Of a stretch of 64,000 bases of DNA, positions 17,320 to 25,554 are shown one piece after another. Under the pieces are notes generated by a model that was not told the DNA's origin, ran no database searches, and worked only from the letters and a program-made list of their open reading frames with translations. How positions within the stretch are numbered: position 1 is the stretch's first letter; each line of letters begins with the position of its first letter. The stretch covers positions 48,946 to 112,945 of the forward strand of contig JADFPE010000001.1 of assembly GCA_022562495.1 (NCBI GenBank). The letters are read 5' to 3'. The DNA is from Acidobacteriota bacterium (GTDB lineage: Bacteria > Acidobacteriota > Vicinamibacteria > Vicinamibacterales > UBA8438). Position numbers and translations under genes: made by a program.

Positions 17320-17885
17320 TCGCGATGGACCCGACCCGCACCCCGACGACCCGACACGGCATCCGCGACCCGGCCGCGACGACGGCCCCCCTCGAGATCC
17401 GGCCGGCTGGTCGCCCCGACGTAACGGCCATCAGCCGGCTCGTGACCGCGAACGTCGGTCTCGGACATCTCTTGCCGCGCACACCGGAGGAAATCGAACG
17501 CCACGTGTCCCGGTTTCTCGTCGCAACCCTCGACAACACCGTGCTCGGGTGTGGTGAACTGGCGCCACTCAGCGAGAGACTGTCCGAGATTCGGTCACTG
17601 GTCGTGGCCGCCGGGTCGCGCGGGACCGGTATCGGTACCGCTGTCCTGGCGGCGCTCGTCGCCGGGGCCCGCCGCCAGGGCGTGCCGCGTCTGTGTGCCT
17701 TCACACACGTACCGCACCCCTTCGTGGCAATCGGTTTTTCGATCGTGCCACACACCTGGCTGCCGGAGAAGATCATGACCGACTGCCAGGGGTGTGAGTG
17801 GTTCCGGCGCTGCGAGCAAACTGCGGTCGTCATCGAGCTCGGGTGGGGTCAGAGCGGACCACGCGGCACGGCGAGGACGATCTGA
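17316..17885 (+). CDS. GNAT-family N-acetyltransferase (short N-acetylglutamate-synthase-like)
   Basis: GNAT acetyl-CoA motif LVVAAGSRGTGIGTAVL. Embedded between argD and argJ with overlapping stop/start codons on both sides. C-terminal CQGCEWFRRC cysteine cluster. Confidence 0.75.
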   Translation: MIAMDPTRTPTTRHGIRDPAATTAPLEIRPAGRPDVTAISRLVTANVGLGHLLPRTPEEIERHVSRFLVATLDNTVLGCGELAPLSERLSEIRSLVVAAGSRGTGIGTAVLAALVAGARRQGVPRLCAFTHVPHPFVAIGFSIVPHTWLPEKIMTDCQGCEWFRRCEQTAVVIELGWGQSGPRGTARTI

Positions 17886-19087
17886 TGGTCGAGCGCATCA
17901 CGGGGGGCATCACCGCACCGGCGGGCTTCGAGGCTGCCGGGGTCGCGTGCGGCATCAAGGCAACCGGGCTGGACCTCGCGCTGATTGTCTCGACACCACC
18001 GGCGCGGGCGGCCGGCATCTTCACGACGAACCTGGCGGTAGCGGCGCCGGTCGTGGTCACCCGCGAACACCTTCGGCGGTCGCACGGCACCACGTCGTCC
18101 ATCGTCATCAACAGCGGCTGCGCGAACGCCTGCACCGGCGACCAGGGGCTGGCGCTGGCCCGGGCGATGGCGACCGACACGGCCCGCACCATCGGGTGTT
18201 CTGCAGAACAGGTCCTCGTCTCGTCCACCGGTGTGATCGGCGTCCAGCTGGACGGCGAGAAGCTACGCCACGGCATCACGCACGCCGCCGCAGCGCTGAG
18301 TCGCGACGGGCATGAGGCGGCGGCCGAGGCCATCATGACGACCGACCCATGGGCAAAGGAGGCGGCCGTTCGGGCCACGACGTCCGCCGGTGTCTTCCAC
18401 ATCGGTGGGATGGCCAAGGGCGCCGGGATGATCGAACCGAACATGGCCACCATGCTGGGGTTTCTGACCACGGACGCCGATGTCGGACCGGATCTGCTGC
18501 AGCGCGCGCTCGCAGAGGCAGCCGATGACACGTTCAATGCCATCACGGTCGACGGCGAAACGTCGACCAACGACATGGTCTTGTTGCTGGCCGGGGGGCG
18601 TTCCGGCGTCCGGATCGACGAGACCGGCTATCCGGCGTTCGTCGATGCGCTCCACACCGTGTGTCGGGAGCTGGCGCTCGCCGTCGTCACGGGGGGCGAA
18701 GGCGCCACCAAGCTCATCACGGTCACCGTCACCGGCGCGCGCACGACCGCCGAGGCCAAACAGACCGCACGCGCGATCGCCAACTCGCCGCTCGTGAAGA
18801 CGGCGGTGCACGGTGGCGACCCGAACTGGGGCCGACTGGTGGCGGTCGCCGGGCGAGCCGGTGTCGCATTCGATCTCACGCACGCGCGGGTCCGAATCGG
18901 TGAGGTCGAGCTGTTCGGCGACGGGCAGGTTTTCGCTGACCGGGAGCCGGCCGCAGCCGAGCACCTGAAGGGGGCAAAGGTCGCGATCGGGGTCGACGTG
19001 GGCGTCGGCGGCACCGGCACCGCCACCGTCTGGACCTGTGACCTCAGCGCCGAGTACGTCCACATCAACGCGGACTACCGAACATGA
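17885..19087 (+). CDS. argJ: Bifunctional ornithine acetyltransferase / N-acetylglutamate synthase
   Basis: Autoprocessing-site context ATMLGFLTTDA and the conserved C-terminus ADYRT. ATG 17885 overlaps the upstream stop codon. Confidence 0.95.
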   Translation: MVERITGGITAPAGFEAAGVACGIKATGLDLALIVSTPPARAAGIFTTNLAVAAPVVVTREHLRRSHGTTSSIVINSGCANACTGDQGLALARAMATDTARTIGCSAEQVLVSSTGVIGVQLDGEKLRHGITHAAAALSRDGHEAAAEAIMTTDPWAKEAAVRATTSAGVFHIGGMAKGAGMIEPNMATMLGFLTTDADVGPDLLQRALAEAADDTFNAITVDGETSTNDMVLLLAGGRSGVRIDETGYPAFVDALHTVCRELALAVVTGGEGATKLITVTVTGARTTAEAKQTARAIANSPLVKTAVHGGDPNWGRLVAVAGRAGVAFDLTHARVRIGEVELFGDGQVFADREPAAAEHLKGAKVAIGVDVGVGGTGTATVWTCDLSAEYVHINADYRT

Positions 19088-19111
19088 GGCTCCAAGACCG
19101 AGACACACTCT

Positions 19112-20122
19112 ATGGACACCATCAGCGACACGAAATCCGTATCGAGTGAGGATGCCGTCGCGCCGGACGTGATGCCCAGGACGGGCCGCACCTATCTGTC
19201 GGTGCTCGACCTGTCGCCCGAAGCACTCGAGGCCTGCCTCACGCTGGCCGCGCGGTTGAAGCGGGAGCGGCATTTGGGTGCCGACGCGCCGACGGCGCGG
19301 GCGCTCAGGGGACACTCGCTGGCGCTGCTGTTCGACAAGCCGTCGCTACGGACCAGGACCGGATTCGAGATCGCGATGCGGGAACTCGGCGGGAACGTGA
19401 CTTGTCCGCCGTCGGCCGACGCCCTTGGCACGCGTGAACCGCTTGCGGACGTGGCACGTTCCCTCGAACGATGGGTGTCGGTCGCCGCGATCCGCACCTC
19501 CGAGCAGATGCGGCTGCGCGAATTCGTCGAGGCCACCACGCGACTGCGCATCGTGAACGCCTTGACCAACGAGGAGCACCCCTGCCAGGCACTGGCCGAC
19601 TGTCTGACCGTGCGCGAGCGATGGGGTGCGGTGCGGGGTCGCACGCTGGCGTATGTCGGCGACGGCAACAACGTGGCCGCCTCGCTGACCCACGCCGCGA
19701 TGATGCTGGGACTGAATCTGCGGCTGGCATCACCCAAGAGGTTTGCCCTGCCGGAGGCGACACTCACCGCGGCCCGCCGGGTGGCTCGTCACGGCGCGAC
19801 GGTCGTGCAGTTACAGGACCCGGTCGAGGCGGTTCGTGGTGCCGACGCCGTCTACGCCGATGTCTGGACCTCGATGGGACAGGAAGCGGACCAGACTCGC
19901 CGCCGCGCTGCGTTCCAGGGCTATCGGGTGACGAGCGCGCTCATGGCCGAGGCCAACGACGACGCCGTCTTCATGCACTGTCTGCCGGCGCACCGAGGCG
20001 AAGAGGTCGACGCGGACGTCTTGGAGGGCCCGCGCTCCGTGGTGTTCGACCAGGCGGAAAACCGGCTCCACACCCAGAAGGCGTTATTGCTGATGATGCT
20101 GGGCGGCACGGACCTGTGCTGA
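19112..20122 (+). CDS. argF: Ornithine carbamoyltransferase
   Basis: Carbamoyl-phosphate motif PSLRTRTGFE, HPCQALAD, ornithine loop DVWTSMGQE, and HCLPAHRGEEV. Confidence 0.9.
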   Translation: MDTISDTKSVSSEDAVAPDVMPRTGRTYLSVLDLSPEALEACLTLAARLKRERHLGADAPTARALRGHSLALLFDKPSLRTRTGFEIAMRELGGNVTCPPSADALGTREPLADVARSLERWVSVAAIRTSEQMRLREFVEATTRLRIVNALTNEEHPCQALADCLTVRERWGAVRGRTLAYVGDGNNVAASLTHAAMMLGLNLRLASPKRFALPEATLTAARRVARHGATVVQLQDPVEAVRGADAVYADVWTSMGQEADQTRRRAAFQGYRVTSALMAEANDDAVFMHCLPAHRGEEVDADVLEGPRSVVFDQAENRLHTQKALLLMMLGGTDLC

Positions 20123-20205
20123 TGTCGGGGCGTGGGACTCAAGGCAAGGCGCGCAGCCCGTGGTGACAATCCCGCTGTATTCGACCGTATGTATGACACG
20201 GGCTC

Positions 20206-20703
20206 CTATGACTGCGTGAGCGACGCGGCCGCCTTCTCGACCGCCTCGGCAAGCCCCCGGCGGTGGTCGTCCAGCCGCGCCCGGATCGCCGGGTCGCCCA
20301 GCGCGAGAATCTGCGCCGCCAGCACCGCCGCGTTCGTCGCCCCCGCCGGCCCGACGGCGACCGTGGCCACCGGCACTCCCGGCGGCATTTGGACGGTCGA
20401 CAGCAGCGCGTCGAACCCGCCGAGCGGCGATGCGTCGATCGGCACGCCGATGACCGGAACAACCGTGTGCGCCGCGACCACACCGGCCAGATGCGCGGCG
20501 GCGCCCGCACCGACCACGAAGACCTGCACGCCGCGATCGACCGCCGCTTCCATCACGCGCCGCACCCGGTCCGGAGATCGGTGGGCGGAGGCCACCGTCA
20601 TGTCACACGTGATCCCGAGGTCGCGCAGCGTGCGGACGGTGTTGGCCATCACGTCGGCGTCCGACCCAGACCCCATCAGGATCTGCACCTGCAGATCACC
20701 CAT
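20206..20703 (-). CDS. purE: N5-carboxyaminoimidazole ribonucleotide mutase
   Basis: ILMGSGSDADVM and GAGAAAHLAGVVAAHT motifs. Start set at ATG 20703. The track ORF continues upstream into a repeat. Confidence 0.9.
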   Translation of the reverse strand: MGDLQVQILMGSGSDADVMANTVRTLRDLGITCDMTVASAHRSPDRVRRVMEAAVDRGVQVFVVGAGAAAHLAGVVAAHTVVPVIGVPIDASPLGGFDALLSTVQMPPGVPVATVAVGPAGATNAAVLAAQILALGDPAIRARLDDHRRGLAEAVEKAAASLTQS

Positions 20704-20739
20704 CGCTCCCCCCTCCCCTCGTGCCCAATGTTCGCCAAG

Positions 20740-20800
20740 CTGAAACTGGCGAAGCCCTCCGACTGTCCCCTGACTCCGGCCTCCTGACTTCGGCCTTCTC
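20740..20800 (-). repeat. Heptamer array plus hairpin unit (reverse orientation) between purD and purE
   Basis: The plus strand reads CTGGCGAAGCCCTCCGAC then TCCCCTGACTCCGGCCTCCTGACTTCGGCCTTCTC. This is the complement of the array-GGCTTCGCC unit. Confidence 0.75.
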
Positions 20801-20813
20801 GAGCATCTTCTCG

Positions 20814-22085
20814 CTATTGCGCCTTGCGTCCGATGTCGGTTCGGACCTGTTTGCGAGCGAACGTGATTCGCGCCACGGCGGCATAGGCGCATTCGATGGC
20901 TTCTGCCAAGTCGACGCCGCGGCCGACCACCGTGATCACCCGTCCGCCCGTGGTCACCACCGCGTCATCCCGAACGCCAGTACCGCCGTGGAACACCAGT
21001 ACCCCCGCGATCGCCGACGCGTCGTCGAGCCCCGCGATCGCCGCGCCGGTCTCGTAGGCCCCGGGATACCCGCCCGATGCGAGTACCACCCCGACGTGCG
21101 GGTCCCGCGTCTGGTCGCACGAGGTCGTCTCGAGCGCACCCCGCGCCGCCGCCTCGAGCAGTGGCGCCAGCTCGTCACGCACCATCGGGAGCACCACCTG
21201 CGCCTCGGGGTCGCCCAGGCGGACGTTGAACTCGATCACCCGGGGACCCTCGGCGGTGATCATCAGCCCGACATAGAGGAACCCCCGATACGGATGTCCC
21301 TCGCGGGCCAGCCCGTCGAGGACCGGCCGGACGATCTCGCATCCGATGCGACGCTCGATGTCCGGGGTCACCAACGGACTCGGCGCCAACGCACCCATCC
21401 CACCAGTGTTCGGACCCGCGTCACCATCGAAGGCGCGCTTGTAATCCTGGGCGGTTGGCAAGGCGAGCGCCTGACGCCCATCGCAGATCGCGAAAAACGA
21501 GGCCTCTTCGCCGACGAGACACTCTTCGATCACCACCCGGTGTCCAGCCTCACCAAACCGGTGATCGAGCATCGCGTCGCGCACCGCCTGCTCGGCCGCG
21601 GCGCGGTCGGGCGCGACGGTCACGCCCTTCCCAGCCGCCAGCCCGTCGGCCTTGATGACGACGGGGAATCCGAACTCCGGCCCCGCCACGACCGCGAGCG
21701 CCTCGTCCGCCCGCTCGCAGACGCGGAAGCGGGCGGTCGGCACATCGTGGCGCGCCATGAAATCCTTCGCGAATGCCTTGCTCGATTCGAGCTGGGCGGC
21801 GACACGGCTCGGACCGAACAACAGCCGGTCACGCGCCGCGAACAGATTCTGCACCCCAAGCGCCAGCGGCAGCTCCGGCCCGATGACGGTGAGATCGACC
21901 GCCTCCGCCTCGGCGAGCGCAAGCACGGCGGCCGGGTCCGACACGTCGAGCGGGTGCTGGCGCGCGACCTGTCTCGTGCCGGCGTTGCCCGGCGCGCACA
22001 CGACCTCGCTCACGCCGGGCTCGCGGTTGAGCTTCCAGGCCAGAGCGTGCTCGCGCGCGCCACTCCCGACAACCAGAATCTTCAT
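20814..22085 (-). CDS. purD: Phosphoribosylamine-glycine ligase
   Basis: MKILVVGSGAREHALAWKL N-terminus and an ATP-grasp core. Confidence 0.95.
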   Translation of the reverse strand: MKILVVGSGAREHALAWKLNREPGVSEVVCAPGNAGTRQVARQHPLDVSDPAAVLALAEAEAVDLTVIGPELPLALGVQNLFAARDRLLFGPSRVAAQLESSKAFAKDFMARHDVPTARFRVCERADEALAVVAGPEFGFPVVIKADGLAAGKGVTVAPDRAAAEQAVRDAMLDHRFGEAGHRVVIEECLVGEEASFFAICDGRQALALPTAQDYKRAFDGDAGPNTGGMGALAPSPLVTPDIERRIGCEIVRPVLDGLAREGHPYRGFLYVGLMITAEGPRVIEFNVRLGDPEAQVVLPMVRDELAPLLEAAARGALETTSCDQTRDPHVGVVLASGGYPGAYETGAAIAGLDDASAIAGVLVFHGGTGVRDDAVVTTGGRVITVVGRGVDLAEAIECAYAAVARITFARKQVRTDIGRKAQ

Positions 22086-22395
22086 CGACAACAACCGGAT
22101 GTCCGAGCGACGCTGCTCCTCACACTGTCCAGACGACGGTAGCGCAGCGTCGCTGGGTCGTTGACGGCACCGGGCGTTCGGCGTAAGATTTTCGATCGGC
22201 CCACCTCACGAACAGGGCGCCAGGTGGAGCCGCTGCCTGGCTGAAGGCCGCCCCGTGTCGAGGGCGAAGGCAGGTAGTGAAGCACGAATGGTCCGTACAC
22301 ACTAGCCTAGCATACTCGTTCGGCGACACCCGACCGCCGGTCGCACGGGGTCACCGACGCATCATCGAAGGCGGGTCGCTCACCGCGCAAGGGAG

Positions 22396-22605
22396 GTGGC
22401 ATCAGGTTTGGCTGAAGTCAAGGTGCAAGATGGCGAATCGATCGAAGGCGCACTGCGCCGCTTCAAGCGCAAGGTGCAGCAGGAGGACATCATCAAGGAC
22501 ATCAAGAAGCACGCGTACTATCTGAAACCGGCCGACAAGCGTCGCGCGAAGCAGGCGCTGGCGCGCAAGCGGAGTCGCAAGAAGCAACGCCGGGAGACGG
22601 AGTGA
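22396..22605 (+). CDS. rpsU: 30S ribosomal protein S21
   Basis: AEVKVQDGESIEGALRRFKRKVQQEDII is the canonical S21 N-terminus. The true start is probably TTG 22408, because GGGAGGTG sits at 22391-22398. Confidence 0.9.
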   Translation: MASGLAEVKVQDGESIEGALRRFKRKVQQEDIIKDIKKHAYYLKPADKRRAKQALARKRSRKKQRRETE

Positions 22606-22768
22606 CTGCGGCGGGCCGCAAGACCGGTTGGCCACCGGCGACATTTGACAGTTCTCAGGGTTCATAGTACGTTTGCGCGGCCTGGAGCATAGCCAAAACT
22701 TTGGAAAATAGCGTCTTACGGTCGATCGTGTGACGACGACGGCGTAGGACCCACGGGGAGAGTTTCCT

Positions 22769-23110
22769 ATGGAAATCGAGGAAAGAAAGCTCGAAAACGT
22801 GGTGATCCTGGATCTCAAGGGCAAGCTGACGATCGGCGAGGGCGATGAGCTTCTGAAGGAGACAATCAACAACCTTATGCAGCAGGGCCATCGCAATCTC
22901 CTACTCAATCTCGAGAACGTTCCCTATGTCGACAGCGCAGGGCTCGGAGGGATCGTCCACACCTACACGACCGTCAGTCGTCAAGGTGGCAAGCTCAAGC
23001 TCGTCAACCTCACCAAGCGCATCACCGATCTGCTGGCGATCACCAAGCTGTTGACAGTCTTCGAGACGTTCGAGTCCGAGGCCGATGCGGTGAGCAGCTT
23101 CAGCTCCTGA
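22769..23110 (+). CDS. STAS-domain anti-sigma-factor antagonist (SpoIIAA-like)
   Basis: 113 aa. VVILDLKGKLTIGEGDELL...LENVPYVDSAGLGGIV contains the conserved phosphorylatable-Ser context (DSAGLG). Confidence 0.85.
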   Translation: MEIEERKLENVVILDLKGKLTIGEGDELLKETINNLMQQGHRNLLLNLENVPYVDSAGLGGIVHTYTTVSRQGGKLKLVNLTKRITDLLAITKLLTVFETFESEADAVSSFSS

Positions 23111-23187
23111 CGAGCCGCGTACACCACGGACTGCTTGCCTGCAACGCCGCGCTGTATCGATGGCGCACATCTCTACCGAGCGAGGCC

Positions 23188-24105
23188 ATGACCGGCGTTT
23201 CACTGTACGGTGAGACGCCGGGCCACCGCCTGGCGGCCGATCTGCTCATCTCGCTTCGGCCGGATCAGTGGACAAAGAATCTCATCGTGTTCGCGGGGCT
23301 CGTGTTCGGGGAACAACTCCTCGAGCCGGGTGCCGTGGCCCGTGCTGGCGGGGCGTTCGGCGTCTTCTGCGCGCTGTCGAGCGCGATGTATCTGGTCAAC
23401 GACGTGGGCGACCGCGCCCGCGACCGGCTGCACCCGGTGAAGAGCGGTCGGCCGATCGCGGCCGGACGTGTATCCCAGGCGACAGCAATCGGTACGGCCG
23501 GACTCCTGATCGCCGGCGGCGTCGCTGCGGCCTACCTGCTCGCGCCCCGGCTGGCGCTGCTTGCGCTCATCTTCGTTGGGGTGCTGATCCTGTACTCGCG
23601 GGTCCTGAGACAGGTCGTCATCCTCGACGTCCTCGCGATCGCTATCGGGTTCGTGCTGCGGGCGGTGGCCGGAGCCGTGGCCGTCGACGTGCCGATCAGC
23701 CAGTGGCTGCTGGTCTGCACGCTGCTGCTGGCGTTGTTTCTCGGGTTCTCCAAGCGGCGCCAGGAGGTCGACGCCCTGGGCGCTGACGCGACGCAGCACC
23801 GTCCCACGCTCGGCCGTTACACCCCCCAGCTCCTGGATCAACTGGTCACCGTCGTGGCGGCCGCAACCCTGGTAAGCTACGCTGTGTACACCACCGGCGC
23901 GGAGACCGTGGAGAAGTTCGGCACCGAACTACTGACCTTGACGATCCCGTTTCCGATCTACGGTGTGCTGCGTTATCTCATGCTGGTGCACGACACGGCA
24001 TCCGGCACCGGTCCGTCGGACATCTTGCTCCGGGATCGTCCGCTGGTGGTGTGCGTGGTCGGGTGGGCCCTGTCGGTCGCCATCATCATCTACCGACCGT
24101 TCTAG
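23188..24105 (+). CDS. UbiA-family prenyltransferase, decaprenyl-phosphate phosphoribosyltransferase-like
   Basis: RPDQWTKNLIVFAGLVFG and NDVGDRARDRLHPVKSGRPIAAG resemble the DPPR-synthase subgroup of the UbiA family. Multiple TM helices. Confidence 0.8.
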   Translation: MTGVSLYGETPGHRLAADLLISLRPDQWTKNLIVFAGLVFGEQLLEPGAVARAGGAFGVFCALSSAMYLVNDVGDRARDRLHPVKSGRPIAAGRVSQATAIGTAGLLIAGGVAAAYLLAPRLALLALIFVGVLILYSRVLRQVVILDVLAIAIGFVLRAVAGAVAVDVPISQWLLVCTLLLALFLGFSKRRQEVDALGADATQHRPTLGRYTPQLLDQLVTVVAAATLVSYAVYTTGAETVEKFGTELLTLTIPFPIYGVLRYLMLVHDTASGTGPSDILLRDRPLVVCVVGWALSVAIIIYRPF

Positions 24106-24145
24106 CTGGCGACGACAAATTTGCCGGCGATGTCGTGCAGAGGAG

Positions 24146-25315
24146 ATGTCTAGCAACCCGCCCATGCCTACGCTGGTGAATGCACCCCCGCGTGACGAAC
24201 CGGTGACCCCACACAGCCGGACGGCACTCGTCGCCGTCGTCAAGACGACCCCCGACTCGGTGCTCGACGACTACGCGCAGGTCATGGAAGCGGCGCGGTT
24301 CCGCAGCGCGCTCGACCCGACCGCCGACACGCTGCTGAAGCTCAATCTGTCCTGGACCAAGTATTTCCCGGCCTGTTCGAGCCAGCCCTGGCAGGTAGAG
24401 GGGGTCGTCAAGACCCTGCTGGATGGCGGCTTTCCCAGAGACCGGCTGCACCCGCTCGAGAACAAGACGGTGGTCACCGATCCGCGGCAGGGCTGCCGAA
24501 ACAACGGGTGGGAAGCGGTGCTGTCTCGGTACGGTCTTGGTTTTACGGCCCTGCCCGAGGTCGACTGGCAGGTCTACCGGTTCGAGAGTCCGCTGCTCAA
24601 GCTGAACCACATCTTCCCCGATGGCATCGAGGTCCCGGCGATGTACCCCGGCAAGCAGATCGTGCATCTGCCAACGGTCAAGACCCACGGTCACGCGGTG
24701 ACGACGGGCGCCGTGAAGAACGCGTTCGGCGGCCTTCTCAAGGAGGTGCGTCACTATGCGCACAAGTACATGCACGAAGTCCTGGTGGATCTCCTGTATA
24801 TGGAGCGTGAGCTGCACCCCGCGAAGTTCAGCGTGATGGATGGCACCGTGTGCGGGGACGGCGCCGGGCCGCGCACGATGATGCCCCGGATCCACAACTA
24901 CCTGCTGGCGTCGGCGGACTCGGTCGCAATCGACTCGGTCGCGGCCAGGATGATGGGATTTGACCCGCGATCGATTCCGTATCTTCGGATGGCGGAGGAG
25001 CGCGGCCTCGGCGTCGCGAATCCGAAGGACATCGAGATCGTCGGTGAAGACGTACGGAACGTGAACTTCGGGTTCGAGACGAGGAAGTCGCTGGTGATCT
25101 GGGGCGACCAGCTGATCCGGCGCGGGTTCCTGCGACCGCTGGAACGCCTGCTGCTGCACTCGCCGCTCGTTGTCTGGGCGCCGTTCGCGTCAAACGTCTA
25201 TCATGACTGGCTGTGGTACCCGACCGTGGGCCGGAGCCGGATCCGGGAGTTCTCCCGGACCGAATGGGGGCAACTCTGGACCACGTATCGCGAGGCGACC
25301 GACAGAACGACCTGA
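24146..25315 (+). CDS. DUF362 domain-containing protein
   Basis: LVAVVKT..., LPTVKTHGHAVTTGAVKNAFGGL, MDGTVCGDGAGPR and ASADSVAIDSVAARMMGFDP follow the DUF362 pattern. Start set at ATG 24146. Confidence 0.7.
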   Translation: MSSNPPMPTLVNAPPRDEPVTPHSRTALVAVVKTTPDSVLDDYAQVMEAARFRSALDPTADTLLKLNLSWTKYFPACSSQPWQVEGVVKTLLDGGFPRDRLHPLENKTVVTDPRQGCRNNGWEAVLSRYGLGFTALPEVDWQVYRFESPLLKLNHIFPDGIEVPAMYPGKQIVHLPTVKTHGHAVTTGAVKNAFGGLLKEVRHYAHKYMHEVLVDLLYMERELHPAKFSVMDGTVCGDGAGPRTMMPRIHNYLLASADSVAIDSVAARMMGFDPRSIPYLRMAEERGLGVANPKDIEIVGEDVRNVNFGFETRKSLVIWGDQLIRRGFLRPLERLLLHSPLVVWAPFASNVYHDWLWYPTVGRSRIREFSRTEWGQLWTTYREATDRTT

Positions 25316-25320
25316 GGGCA

Positions 25321-25548
25321 TCAAGGCGCGCACGTGCGCGCCTCGCGGTCGCGGAGTGGAGCCTTGGGGGTCCCCGCGGAGCGCCCGCGTGGGGTGCGGA
25401 GCAAAGCCCCGACTAAGGGTCCGCGCAAGACACAGGTACCCGTTTTGGGGCGTCAAGGCGCGCACGTGCGCGCCTCGCGGTCGCGGAGTGGGGCCTTGGG
25501 GGTCCCCGCGGAGCGCCCGCGTGGGGTTCGGGGCGAAGCCCCGACTAA
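25321..25548. repeat. Tandem direct repeat (2 x 96 bp, 132-bp period) rich in palindromes
   Basis: 25321-25416 and 25453-25548 are near-identical. Each contains the perfect 18-bp palindrome GGCGCGCACGTGCGCGCC and the hairpin CGGGGC-GAA-GCCCCG. The 36-bp linker carries GGGTCCGCGCAAGA, the motif also found at the A-module arms. Confidence 0.85.
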
Positions 25549-25554
25549 GCTACG

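Noticed and set aside
25321-25548. Possible CRISPR array, given the repeated palindromic units.
   Set aside because: There are only two copies. The units are 96 bp long, far longer than CRISPR repeats. The 36-bp linker is itself a repeat-family sequence. No cas genes are present in the window.
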